NCBI GenBank assembly: GCA_024704765.1
Contig: JAKMXF010000331.1
Location: 210,807 to 269,142, forward strand
DNA length: 58,336 nt
Direction: 5' to 3'
DNA from: Oopsacas minuta
Taxonomy: Eukaryota > Animalia > Porifera
Shown here one piece after another: positions 37,909-50,257 of this stretch. The notes beneath the pieces were generated by a model. The model saw only the letters and a list, made by a program, of their open reading frames with translations, searched no databases and was not told the origin of the DNA. The first letter of the stretch is position 1. Every line of letters begins with the position of its first letter. A program made the translations under genes and the position numbers.

Positions 37909-39194
37909 CAGGGTTAGGCATAAGTTCTGCACCAAACTTCTCAAGGTAAATATCCCTAGTATTTTCTATCATGCATTTTTTCTATGGGTTGTAGAATATA
38001 CTTAGAGCATATATACTCAATTTTTTCATTCCAAATCTTTTCTAAACAGCGAATTCTTTTATGGAGGGCCAAAAATCCAAACGCCCTGCAATTTTAGGAT
38101 TATACACAGGGGAAGACAGTCAAAGAGATAACGAAAGCGCTCTCAGTTACCAAATGGACTGTGTATAGGACGATCCAACGTTTCAACGAAACCGGTGAGA
38201 CGTCTGACAGACCTAGATCCATACGCATACCATTGTTGAAAAAATCGGTCAGGGAGAAGATCAGATACAACCCCAAGAGAAGCGTCCAGAAAATGGCTAA
38301 CGAATGCAATTGCTCTACGCGAACGATGGGAAGGTTAGTTCATGACGATTTAGGACTTAAATCATACAAATTTAGAAAGGCACAGCTGTTATCTGATGTC
38401 AACCAGAAGAGGAGGATAGAGAAATGTAGGAAACTTCGAGAGCGGTTCAGAGATGGCAGACACCTTGATATTCTTTTCACAGATGAAAAGTTATCCACCG
38501 TTGAATGCAGTTTCAACAGGCAAAATGATAGAGTTCTCTGCTCCACTTCAAAAGGGATATCTCCAGTTGCAAGGATAGTTAAACGAACCCAAAAACCTGC
38601 TTCTGTTATGGTCTGGGGCGGGATCACAGCTACTGGTCGGACCTCCCTCGTGTTCATTGATCAAGGTGTCAAAGTCAACCCTGAAAAGTATATTCAAGAC
38701 ATATTAGAAGGCGAATTAGAACCTTGGGCTACTCCGCATTTTCAAGGAAGGCACTGGATCTTTCAACAGGACTCAGCTCCTGCTCATAAATCCAAAGCAA
38801 CCCAAACCTGGTTAAAGGACCATTTTCCAGAGATAATCTCCCCTATGGAATGGCCAGCTTCATCTCCTGATCTAAATCGGATGGACTTTAGCATTTGGTC
38901 AATTCTGGAGAGTAAAGCTTGCGTTAAACCCCACAAAAGTCTGGAGGCTCTCAGAGCATTATTAGTTCGGGAATGGCATCTAATACCACACGAAGTGCTG
39001 TCTGCCTCCTCAGATTGTTTCTATAAACGTCTGAGCTCATGCATTCACGCAAAGGGCGATATCTTTGAAGGGCTAATATAGGATATATACAAAACTATGT
39101 TAAAACCTTGAATCACAATTATTTGATAAGTTTGCAATACCATTGAATTGAATATACAACGATAACTGAGTTGCAGAACTTATGCCTAACCCTG
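37909..39194 (+). mobile_element. maT (DD37D) Tc1/mariner-superfamily transposon, full length
   Basis: TIRs CAGGGTTAGGCATAAGTTCTGCA (23 bp identical); TA at 37907-37908 and 39195-39196; 1286 bp. Confidence 0.95.
38061..39081 (+). pseudogene. maT DD37D transposase with one N-terminal frameshift
   Basis: ILFTDEK, VMVWGG and FQQDSAPAH followed by 37 residues to SPDLNRMD. ATG at 38061 shifts frame near 38105; the rest is open to 39081. Confidence 0.9.
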
Positions 39195-39900
39195 TATTAT
39201 TACTCAACGTTTTTATGTGTATTTCAGGCAGTAAACAATATTGAGCATAAATTGTATATCTGAGTTTAGATTCTCCAATGGAAAAATAGTAAGATAGTAA
39301 GACGAATTCCTTAACTGCCACCAAGAATTCATGGAGTTGGTTCGAATTGGCTTGACGACTAGTGATTTCGGGGACTGCTCTTCCTTAATTGTCACGTACA
39401 ATTCGATCTGTTCCAGCCTCGTATTGTTTTATTTTTCACAAGTTGATTTATCCTTAATGTTTATTTCTCCATGTCCTTCAGCGAGATGAATTGAATAAAT
39501 CTCATTGTAGAGCTTCTCAGTACCGATGAATCGCAGATCAGTGCCCTTTTTTGCTTGTTTGCACACTGCACTGTCCTCGGCGCAAAATTTCACAATTTCG
39601 TATTCCTTCATCAGTCCATAGTCCTTGACACTATTATTTGCATCCGTATCCTTCTCAGGCTGTTGCAATCGATTCAGGATCTAGTTGTACTCTTCTCTCA
39701 ACAGCACAGTAGGCTCATTTATTCCTTTTGTTATTCCCATCTAAGTTACTTTATCATCAACATTTCCGCATCGCTTCCATTTTACGGAATTAGTCAAATG
39801 GTATTTAGTAGTAACTAGAACAGAGCTAACATTGAATTGTTTGACCTATCTTGTAAATTTTATTGTAATCTAATAGCCAATGACGAACAAGGAAGAAATC

Positions 39901-40007
39901 CAGGGTTGCCGTTGGGGTGGGAATTCCCATTCCCATGGGATGGGAATAGAAATAGGAATGAATTTTTCGTCTTTAGGAATTGAAATCCTATTCCCAAGGC
40001 AACCGTG
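39901..40007. mobile_element. hAT-type MITE, 107 bp
   Basis: Ends CAGGGTTGCC / GGCAACCGTG; flanks AAGAAATC / AAGACAAC (6/8); internal GGGAATTCCCATTCCC palindromic motifs. Confidence 0.6.
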
Positions 40008-41857
40008 AAGACAACTCACTCCTTCTAGCACAGAACAATTAGAGGTAGAATGCACAAATCAGTATTACTATTTTTGCATAATTCTATCATTATATGAACA
40101 ATTATAGATAATTATTGTGAATTGAACAGTTTTACATACTTGTCCCACATATATACCATTGGGGTTGAGATTTTCTCCTTGGGTATGACTCTACTATATA
40201 GTTATTATATTGCAATTGTTTTTCTTTGTTCGTTCGCAGGGAAAGGATGTATGAAATGTTGTATTTGAATTTGAATATATCAATTCTTCACTTGGCTAAA
40301 AAATATCGAATATGCTGAATTCGATTTCCCCTTTTTAATTTATCATCTGAAAACTTATTTGTTGTTGTATAAATATACAATAAACACATTTTTAGAGTCT
40401 CACAATACTGGTAGAGACTTGCTCTCAACTGCTACAATGGAGTAACAAAGTCGTCCTAATCCGAATTTCGCATTTTTAAGATTCTCATATTTAAATTTAT
40501 TTTTGCTTTATGAATATTAAGTAAACAAAATATCTGTATCTCAAAATGCTCGTAGATACTTGCTCTCAACCGCTATGATAAGGTACAAAGTACGGTGTAT
40601 CCAGTGGCGGCGCTACCCAGCCGCTACTGGCGGAGTACACTTGGATCTTTTGTCTAATGGACATTAATATAATGGCCATACCGTACAGTGGACAATTAGT
40701 CTAAATGTTATATATTACATGCCTACTAAAATTTTGATGTATTATCTAGTAGGAAGTATTTTGTAAAGTATTATTGCTAAGTGAAAGTAGGATAATAGAA
40801 TATGGAATAATGAATGAATACAATGAAATAGTTTGAAGTTAAAATTATGTCCGATCCGTTTACATAACTTATTAGTTCTCTATTTCCATAATCCGAAACA
40901 ATTGTTTTTACACGTTTGCTTGTGGCAATACTTTGGTTAGATTGAATAATGGCCTCCCCAGATTCCCACTTTGTTAACACCGTATAGATTGCTCCAGCTG
41001 TAAATATCGAGCCTCGAAGTATTCCACCTTCTCGATAGCAGAAATTGAAATTCTTCCATTAATAAGTCAATACCGAATAACTTGGGATTCGGGAACATAG
41101 GCCTAGCTCGGTAACATATTCAAATCGAGAGCAAATTCAGCGTTTTCAATGTATAGATTTGTAAAGTCTACTAACTGTATATTCTGATAGGTGTTTTGCG
41201 ACAAGTGAAAAACATCTGGTTACAAAATTTTGATTATATTACATTGATAGCCGCTTTCTCGAAATCAGCCATGATAAAGAATGGATTCAACTCAGGATGT
41301 ATATCAAGTAACTTAGTGAAAGTGTTGTATATTTTAACTCACTCTTATTGGCCAACAGTGCGTAGACATATAGAAATATCCTACCGCCCTTCTGCGCTTG
41401 AATTTTATACAGTTGAAAGAATTGTTCTGGGACAATCTTGTAAGACCGTCAATATACCAACTCTGAGATTCTTCCATAATGATGAAATTTTGGGAACAAA
41501 AACTGTGCGCATTTGATTTACATTTCCGATCCCAGAGTCATATATTTGAATGCTATCTTCCGTTAATCTTAATCTGTATTAATCAGGTATTTGTAATTCA
41601 GCAGCAGAATCATGGTTGATGACATTCTCTCTCATGGCGGCGTTTGTACATTCAAACTGAACTTAGAGTAGGTAATACAACTATACTTGACTCGATTAAT
41701 CCAACAAGGCCTTGTGTCAAAATAGTACCAGTTTTCTCCCCAAAACCAATGCACGGTCTTTCATCAATTGAAAACCCCGCAACATTTCGAAGCAAGCTGA
41801 ATTGTGTTCATGGGTGTTACTTCTAAGTATTTCAGTAAATACCGATGGTGTTGATAA

Positions 41858-44150
41858 CACAGCCCTGCAGGAAAAAAAATTTTATTTGCTGATTGTTATT
41901 GCAAAACATTTTCTAATCCACATTTTAATACTGATTTTGAATAATTTTGTAAAATATACGTATCACGTCTAGTTTTTTTGCAAAATTATTTTTAAATATT
42001 GGTATATTTATCGATAAATGCATGATACCTCTACAGGTAAAATAGTGAAAATCTGCCATTTATAAATTTTTATTGATAATATAATCTTAGTTAATAAATA
42101 ATTTGAATATATTAGTCTGAATCAGGAGTAAATTTCCGTTTTTTTGACATTCTAGCATGAATAACATCAATACAATCTCTCTTGAGGCACCAGCAGTAAT
42201 CAGCCATCATATGAACGTCCCACCTCCCCTGATATCGTGTTTCCATTGTTTTTATGTCTTGATGGAATCGTTCACCTTGCTCCTCGGAAACAGCTCCAAG
42301 ATTCTCTGGAAAATAGTCAATATGACTGTGAAGAAAGTGAACTTTTACACTCATATTGCAGCCGAGATTCTTGTAAGATTCAATCAACTCATTCACAAGT
42401 ATTTTATAATTAGGAGATTTCGTATTTCCCAAGAAGTTTTTTATGACATCTACAAATGCATTCCATGCACATTTTTCTTTGCATATCATAGAATTTGAAA
42501 AATTATCATCTTGAACAAGTTGTCTTATCTGAGGACCGTTGAATATACCGGCTTTTCTTTTTTCATCACTTAGGTAGTAAAATTTCTCGGTAATATATTT
42601 GAAACAATTTCCTTCTTTATCTAATGCCCTTACAAACTGTTTCATCAATCCTAATTTTATATGAAGTGGTGGAAGCAAAATCTTGAGAGGATCCACTAGA
42701 GGCTCGTGAATAATGTTCTTATCTCCAACATTAAGATTGGTTCTAGCTGGCCAGCTCTGTCTAGAATAGTGTTCGCTCTTTGCACGACTGTCCCATAAGC
42801 ATAAAAAACAAGGGTATTTTGTATATCCTGATTGCTGTCCCAAAAGAATGCATATGATTTTTAAGTCACCACAGATTACCCAATTGTGCTGGTTATAATT
42901 AATTTTATGAAGCACAATTTTCATGTTATCATATCGTTCCTTTAAACTTACTGAATGTCCAATTGGTATGGAACTAAATTTGTTGCCATTATGAAGTAGA
43001 ACACATTTCAAACTTTGTTTTGAACTATCAATAAAGAGTCTCCAATCATTAGGTACATACGGACGTCCAAGAGCATTAACTAGCGGTGAAACATCATGAC
43101 AAAACACAAATCCGTCTTCCATTATGAAATATTTCAAAAATTCGATCTCTCTGTTCCTATATGAGTAAAATTTTGTTTCTGGGAGAAGCAAGTTTTTTTT
43201 TTAGCCTAGAACCTAACAACTCCGCAGATTCTTTAGGTAAATCTAAATCACGTACCAAATCATTTAATTCAGACTGATTAAATAACTGTGGAGAATTAGA
43301 ACGAGATAATACACACGGAATAAAATCCTCATCTTCTCTAATTAATGAATCTCTAGTTTCACAATCATCAATTTCCGAGATAACATCCAAATTAGTAAAT
43401 TTTGGAACAGGTACATCAATAGAATGGGGAACGGGTCGTATTGCTGAATGTAAATTTGGATACTTGATCAATGACTTGGTTTTAGCATTGAATCCGGAAA
43501 TATTCGCCATACAAAAGTAACATTCGCTAATGTGATTTTGTGGCTCTCTCCATATCATTGGAATTCCAAAACTTAAACTCTTTCTGATTCCTTTTGTCCA
43601 TTGTCTCAAATTTTCTACACAAGATCGGCACACTGTATGTGGAGCCCATGTTTTGTCTTGATCACCTAATCTCATTCCAAAATATTCTAAATATGCTTTT
43701 TTTAACAAATCCTGTTATTGCCGTAGTTTGTTTAGAAGTCATAAAACTCCCACAAATATAACAAAAGACGTCTGGATCATTACTGCACCTTCTCCGATAA
43801 GCCATATGATAATAAAATATCAAAATAGTAGACTATAGTACAATAAAGCTGTATATAACAAAAATAAAAATAAAAAAATTATGTAGAAAAGAATGGAGTT
43901 AAAGGCACTAATTAGAAAATGCAATAAAGCACGCATCTGTTTATTTCAAAAGACAAAATTCACACATGTATCAAATATAATCATTTATTCTAGGGAAGTG
44001 TACTTAAAAAAATCGACTTATATTAAAATGACATTTGAGTAAAAACGAGACGTGATAGGGGAATTCTGATGACAGATTGAGAATCAGCATACTCAAGTTA
44101 ACTAAAAACAACCCATGGATAATAATCAGCAAATTTGACGCAGGTCAGTG
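41858..44150 (-). mobile_element. Chapaev3-like (CMC) transposon, full length, nested in a MULE
   Basis: Termini CACAGCCCTGC and reverse complement CACTGACCTGC; 3-bp TSD TAA at 41855-41857 and 44151-44153. Removing the element restores the host MULE sequence; 2293 bp. Confidence 0.88.
42112..43805 (-). pseudogene. Chapaev3-like transposase, intact except for two homopolymer frameshifts
   Basis: MAYRRRCSNDPDVFCYICG...GDQDKTWAPHTVC...WRLFIDSSK..GDLKI...CFLCLWDSRA...LHIKLGLMKQF...HFLHSHID...SEEQGERFHQD...MMADYCW. The only breaks are at T7 (43697-43703) and T10 (43193-43202). Confidence 0.8.
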
Positions 44151-46139
44151 TAATGCTCCATCTGGATATGTAGTCAATCGATCCTTACATGTTACAAGCT
44201 GCTCACACAGCCAATATTTTGATTACCTGCTAAAACTTACACCATTGAGAGTATACAAAATCCGTTTACATCAGCTTTATTCTTTCTTTTGGTTGACTTA
44301 ATACGTTCAATATTAAGTGTAGTTTATTTCTAATGTCAGTTGAAGATTTTATTATTCCCTTACCCAAGTAGAAGATATTTACCGTTAATTCACTTGTTAA
44401 GTAGCATTCACAAGTGTTACTAACATACAAATAATGAATGGAATTATACCAAATGTCTGTAGACAAGTGTCCGCCAATCACAATTGGGTGGCCAAGTGAG
44501 CTGAATCCGAATTTCGTAATTTCAATTTATCATATGTAATGTTCTTTTTATGATTACATTGTAAACAAAATACTTAAATCTGAAATTATACGTAGAGACT
44601 AGCTCTAAATGATTTTATGCTTAATCATTACGCTTATCCGAATTTTGCCTTTTCAAGTTTCTCGAATGAAATTTATCGTAGTTTTATGGATATATAGTCA
44701 ACACAAATTTCCAAATAGTTCCAGATTCTTGATATCATCGTGTGCTTTATTGCTTACTGCTTTAAGTTAACCCAAGTATTAAACAGCTATATTTCTCGCT
44801 ACTTATTGTCGCTATGTAACGGTATATTTTCCGCATTACCTGACTTCTCATAAAACAGAGGGAATTTAAATTTTAGATTATCCATGTATAGTCATGATGA
44901 CGTGATAATTTAATGATGAGTTTGAAATTCTTCAAGGTGATAACGTCAGGACATTTGGCATATTCTGGGGTACCAGTGATTCCAATTTCACCCATCTATC
45001 ATATATATTTCTGAGTAGTGGCAAATAATGTGACTTTTCGAAAGTCAAAAAGTGACAATGACGTCATAATTTCGTTTTAGTTGTGAATTTTCGCCCAAGA
45101 CTCAACCTTGTTCGAACCAGTCATCTGTAAGGCTGAGCATGGAAGTTATCTTGAGTATGATACCAAATATTTCTTTGACGAATTTACAGTGGGTTATTAT
45201 ACGCTCTTATTATCAATTTAGGATAATTCGATCTACTATCGAATCTAGATTTGCTCGATTTCATTACAGTTTGCAAATATAATATTTACATGTATAGTTT
45301 GACCATAGCATTCTATATACTAAGCTAATGATACTGATTGATAGACTTCACCAGGGATATGTCTTGTCAGATCTAGGGAATTCTATTAGTAGCGATAATA
45401 ATTAAATCCTACATCTTGGCACAAGAAATGTATTATTGATATTTTCGAACGAATGTTGCGTACATCCACAATCTATTTTCAACCTGATATTACATTATCT
45501 GATCGTTTTCTTAACAAATATATCATAGAAATGCACCAATTTTTTAAAACATTTAAAAGTTATATAATAGGTGACAGAAGTTTCATCACTGGAAATTTCG
45601 TCTCCTGGAATTTTCGACAGTAGATAGTCATGCAATTTATTGAAATTTTGTTTGCTGTAGATAATCAAAACTTAAAATTTTGAGCAACAACATGGGTTAT
45701 ATCTCGCTTCTCATAATTTGGAACTAAAAATTGTAACGTTCATTTCGTTCTTTTGACTTTTTATTGTGTGTTATCGTACTACCTACCTCTCACTTTATTT
45801 AATTTGCTTATGTAGTGATTGCTCTCGTCGCAAGAATTTTACAACTTTGATACACTTCGGTGTTAACAACTAACACGAAAATTATCCATTGTGCCACCCC
45901 TAAGCTATATTGTTAGTTGACGTACTTTTTCATACATGTTCCTTTCGGATAGGAAAGTGCTGGATCCACCTACTCCCAGGCAGCCGTTTAACATTTTAGC
46001 TATTTTGACAATAGGCAGCAAAAAATCAGTCATCAAAGTGGTGAAACTATCCACCACATCTTCTTCTAGCACTAATGTAACGCTTGGAAGCATTTTTCAT
46101 TTCAAGAGTAATTCATGGTATTCTTGTTATTCTTGATAG

Positions 46140-48830
46140 ATTGTGGATAGCCCCTCTGATTGTATTTTTATATATAATTTTGTAAGTGATGCAAGAAACA
46201 ACCTGAAATTACAGCAAGACACTTTTCCTTAAATGTATTTATTGTTACTCTTTCGATATCTGTCATTGTCATTCTAGTGTCTAAGTGTTGTTCGAAGTCT
46301 AGTATTTTAGCTATGTATATTGAATGTATTTCCAGCCTATCAGGAATTAGAGCATATATGCTGGGTAGACCAATCCACTCTTCTTTGTATGTAAAGTATT
46401 CAGAGAGAGAAATATTCATGTAACGAGTGTGAAGTTGGCTGAATATTCGACCAGCATTACTTCAACCATGTACTTGACTAATTTCCCAAGGTCAGTATGT
46501 AAATATTTTTGGACATTCGAAAGAAGACATACTGATGTTTCTGAAAATGAATTTATATTTTATATACTTATAATTTTCTTATAGAAATTGGTGTATCTAA
46601 CTAGCAGTAGTTCACATATGAATTTAGTATTCTTAAGCCAATTATTCTTTCCTGAAATCAATGGCATGGATGCCTGCTGCATGTACGTTTAGGTGTTTAA
46701 AATTTATGTTAAATTAGTCAAAACCTTTCGAGATATTTAGATCTGAAAACTTGCTTGTTTGAGTCGAGTCTCTATTTGATTTGTACAAACACAAATTTAA
46801 TGAAACATTATAGTAACGCATACAGAATACTGGTAATATCAACTGTTTGATGTATTACGAAATGATTTGTGAATCTAAATATTGGTATATTTATTGGTGA
46901 ATTGATATTGGTTCAATAAATACGAAAACTTCCATCAAAATTAACAGAATACAAAAAATTATAAGATTATATGATCCTTGCATTGTCTTGATTTGTAGTG
47001 TTACGAGTTGATGTATTTAGTTGTTGTGTACCTCTCAAGTAGGCAGCGGAAGTTATTAAGCTATAAGGACTCACATATGTATTCTATGTTTGATTATTTA
47101 TCTTCATTTTTACTGTTATCAAAGTCTATCTCTATCGTTCTTACTTGTTCCTGTCATGGTCACTGCTTGTAGGGCGTAACATTTTGCTTCACAGTTACGC
47201 TGTGTTGCAGAGCATTAATGGAGCGGGCTCCTATTTAATTGCAAACAATTTACAATTTCATTGTTCTGCATGAAATTCAATATTCTTTCTATAAAAAGTG
47301 GGTCCTGGGACACTTTTGTATAATTCACAATTTATTGAAATGGTTTGATTTTGCACATTTAGTAATTTCTCGTATGTACAATGGTTAAATTAATCCTGAA
47401 TACTTAAATTTCAAATCTCATTTAATTCTGGAGAATGTAAGGAGAGCAATTGCAGCGGGAGTCGGAGTGTGCTCCTTTCTGAGTAAGGATCGGAGGTGGG
47501 AGCAAGTTCACTCCAGAGACTTCTGAACCCCCGAAGGTACCCAAACTTTGCGCCTATAGTAATTTATTTAGACTCCTCTTAATAGGGTCACATCGGATAA
47601 GGTCATTTTAACCCGATAAATCGGAATAAACGTTTTGGACCGATTAACCGGAGTTGTTTAACATTATTTTTATGGTTCTGTTTATGGCCAAGTGGCCCGA
47701 TGAATAATGGCTCTATTAAGCTTAATCTACTGTAGTTCCAGACGCTGTTCTTATGGCTTAAAATACATTCTCCGCTTATATCAAAATGAAAGTTTTCTAT
47801 AAAGCCTCAGTTTATTCAATTATCCACAAAAGCATATCCAGTATAATAATAGAAGGAACACCTATTGGCCCATTTAAGATTGATATTACGGGAGTTGAGT
47901 GTAGGTAGCTTCAATTTGACCAAAATCAATATATATGAAAAGCGTAAATTATAACAATATATTAGTAGTTGGGCTACATATTACCCTTTAGTATATTATC
48001 TCATAATTTAGAATTTCTATTACTAGGCATATACTGTTTATTGTTGTACCTCTACTATAACCTTGTCTAATATTTCTAAAACATGTTCATAGTGATTACC
48101 TGTATGTACATTATATATTGATCCATTAGCATATTATTATAATGATTTCATGGTACAGCTAATCTTAGTTGATTAATTCATTGAAATTTACCAAATAATT
48201 CTGAATTATTCATTTCTACTCGACAATTCAAACACTGATTATATTTAATCTTTTTTGGAATATATGGGAACTAAATGCTATGACATAATTGAAATTACTT
48301 TGTATATTCTATAATTCATTGACTAATTCATAATGAGTCAACTGAAATCAAACAGCTGATATTGCAATATTCTGTATGTTCTACTATAGTAAGAATGGAT
48401 TAGAATGTTCATTAAGTTGATGTGCTTAGTACAAATCAAATAGAGACTCAACACAACCAAGACATTCTTCAAACCTAGATATCTCAAAATGTTTTGACTA
48501 TTTTAACACAATATTTTAAACACATGAACGTACATGCAGCAGGAATCCATGTCCATGATTTCAGGAAAAAATGATTTGTTTAAGTATACTAAATTCATAA
48601 TTGAACTACTACTAGTTAGATACACCAATTTCTATTCGAAAATTATAAGTTTATAAATGCAAATTCATTTTCAGAAACGTCGTTATCTCTTCTTTCGAAT
48701 GTCCCAAAATATTTACATACTGACCATGGGAGGTTAGTCAAATTCATGGTTGAAGTACTGCTGGTCGAATATTCAGCCAACTTCACACTCGTATTCAGGT
48801 ACAATATTGAAAGCATATAGGGGCATTGGG
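46140..48830 (-). pseudogene. MULE transposase fragment split by the 46423-48792 element
   Basis: Joining the flanks gives FNIVPEYF...LH....GLVYP.IYALIPD...MTD(F)E...INTF..GCFLH..QN, a MULE DDE core. Confidence 0.65.
46423..48792. mobile_element. non-autonomous foldback-type element with about 430-bp TIRs
   Basis: Ends ACGAGTGTGAAGTTGGCTGAATATTCGACCAG and its reverse complement; arms 46423-about 46855 and about 48345-48792; 9-bp TSD ATTCATGTA / ATTCAGGTA (8/9); no internal ORF; 2370 bp. Confidence 0.9.
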
Positions 48831-50257
48831 TTCCAAACATATTGTTGCTAGGGGCCTCTTAAGGTGTTACTCCTCCATTGCTTGTAAGGCATTAGTAATT
48901 CCTCATATACTGAGTCCCAAAACGGAAGTAAATTCGTATGGTTTTCAAATTGAAAATCAGATACACGGTTTTGTTCTATAAGGAATCCAGGTATCAGACT
49001 CTGTAAGAAGTGAAATGATGTTGTGCAGGGGTGAATCCAGGACTTTCTTGTGGGGGTAACCTCCCAGAAAAATGTTTGAAACTTAGGGCTTAAATATATG
49101 CGAAGAGCGATCCTTGTCACATACGGAGTAAAAGATTAACTTGATTTATGTTATTATGAATTCATTCTTAGAAAGTTAAAGTTAATCAAATCAACGCCTG
49201 TGCCGATGTAATTTTCAATTAGGCAACTGGATTCAATGTTATTTGGTACCCCGCATGTTTGTTGAGGGAAAGTCTCTACCAATATTTAGAAATTTGGATA
49301 ATTTTTTCACTTTATATTCATAAAAATCAATACTTTTACAAATGAGAAACTTGAAATGCGAAATTCTGAGTACTTCATTACCCATATATAACTTTGTTGA
49401 GCTCATGATAACTTGTTGAAACCTAATCTCTAGCATCCTTTTAAGTTTTCTTAGTAATGTATGGAAATATGATTAATCACCTAAAACTTGCGAAAGTATA
49501 CACATCAGGAATTTTCAAATGTCAGGTGCATGACTAAGTTTCACTTCGAGTTTACATGCCAAATTTCGAGTGATGACCCTCGTAAAGAATCTCTTGAATG
49601 TTCTTTCACTTTATTATCTTTTCTAAGATTTAGATGGGTGAAGGATTTGATCCATGTGGCTAGAAATGAATATCATTTTCAGTATCGGTTTGATTATGTC
49701 ATTCTTCTTGTGTGCACCAGAATATTACATGTCCCCCGCATTTCACATACGTAACTAATGCTGAGGTTATAACGAAAGTAGTTGGCCGATTTTGTGTGAT
49801 AACACCATGTAGTAATTCTTTTTGATGGACTATTGATAATATTTTTTAAAATTTATTTTATTTTCCGTATACTCGAGTCTTTAATACAGAGAATGTTTAG
49901 CCACGCTGGTAATCAAACAGCTATAAGAAATTTGGAGATATTTAAGTCAAAAAGTGGCACAAAGCTAGCGTGTAGCGACTGGACAAACTAAACATGCTAT
50001 TTGAAACTATTATCACATTATGTTTGCATACTAGTCATATGAGGAACTAGAATTTGCGATATTCGTATTCAGTTTATTGTGCTACCTCCTGTAACCCTTG
50101 ATGGCAAGTTTTTGGAATGTTAATTAGGTTTTACATTGTATATATCAATTTAACAATACATCCTGTTAATTTGAGGCTGAAATTGGATATTCATAGCGTA
50201 TTTGCACTTGTCATGGTTGAGTCTATATACATTATATTATTTATATACGTACAATGT

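Larger units (their letters stand above)
34270..39830 (-). pseudogene. Ginger2/KRABA2-SCAND3-type integrase transposase, split by insertions in a probable intron
   Basis: 5' part (39315-39830) has IHLAEGHG and LVVKPIRTNSMNSWWQ. 3' part (34270-35432) has (V)(D)LI(D)MQSQ, NYQDHLTK, VLQSDNGREF and GQGFVKCS..KTCNSGR. A TTTTGTAG acceptor lies next to 35433 and a degenerate donor at 39314. Confidence 0.72.
40629..44479 (-). mobile_element. FLYWCH-MULE, second copy of the 7312-8681 family, retaining a decayed DDE core
   Basis: Terminus GATTGGCGGAC at 44479; FLYWCH region at 44151-44330 continuing at 41857; W.IDG..(K)IVPEQFFQLY, YALLANKSE and ADFEKAAIN motifs at 41200-41460; C-terminus at 40760-41050. 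Confidence 0.82.
40290..44680. repeat. degenerate about 150-bp tandem repeat array interrupted by the MULE at 40629-44479
   Basis: Recurrent GTAGA(G/T)ACT(T/A)GCTCT (40392, 40553, 44593) and (A/T)TCCGAATTT (about 40460, 44505, 44636) motifs continue across the insertion. Confidence 0.55.

Noticed and set aside
43193-43202. Programmed -1 frameshift at the A-AAA-AAC-like run in the Chapaev3-like ORF
   Set aside because: The downstream frame needs +1, not -1; an indel or sequencing error is simpler.
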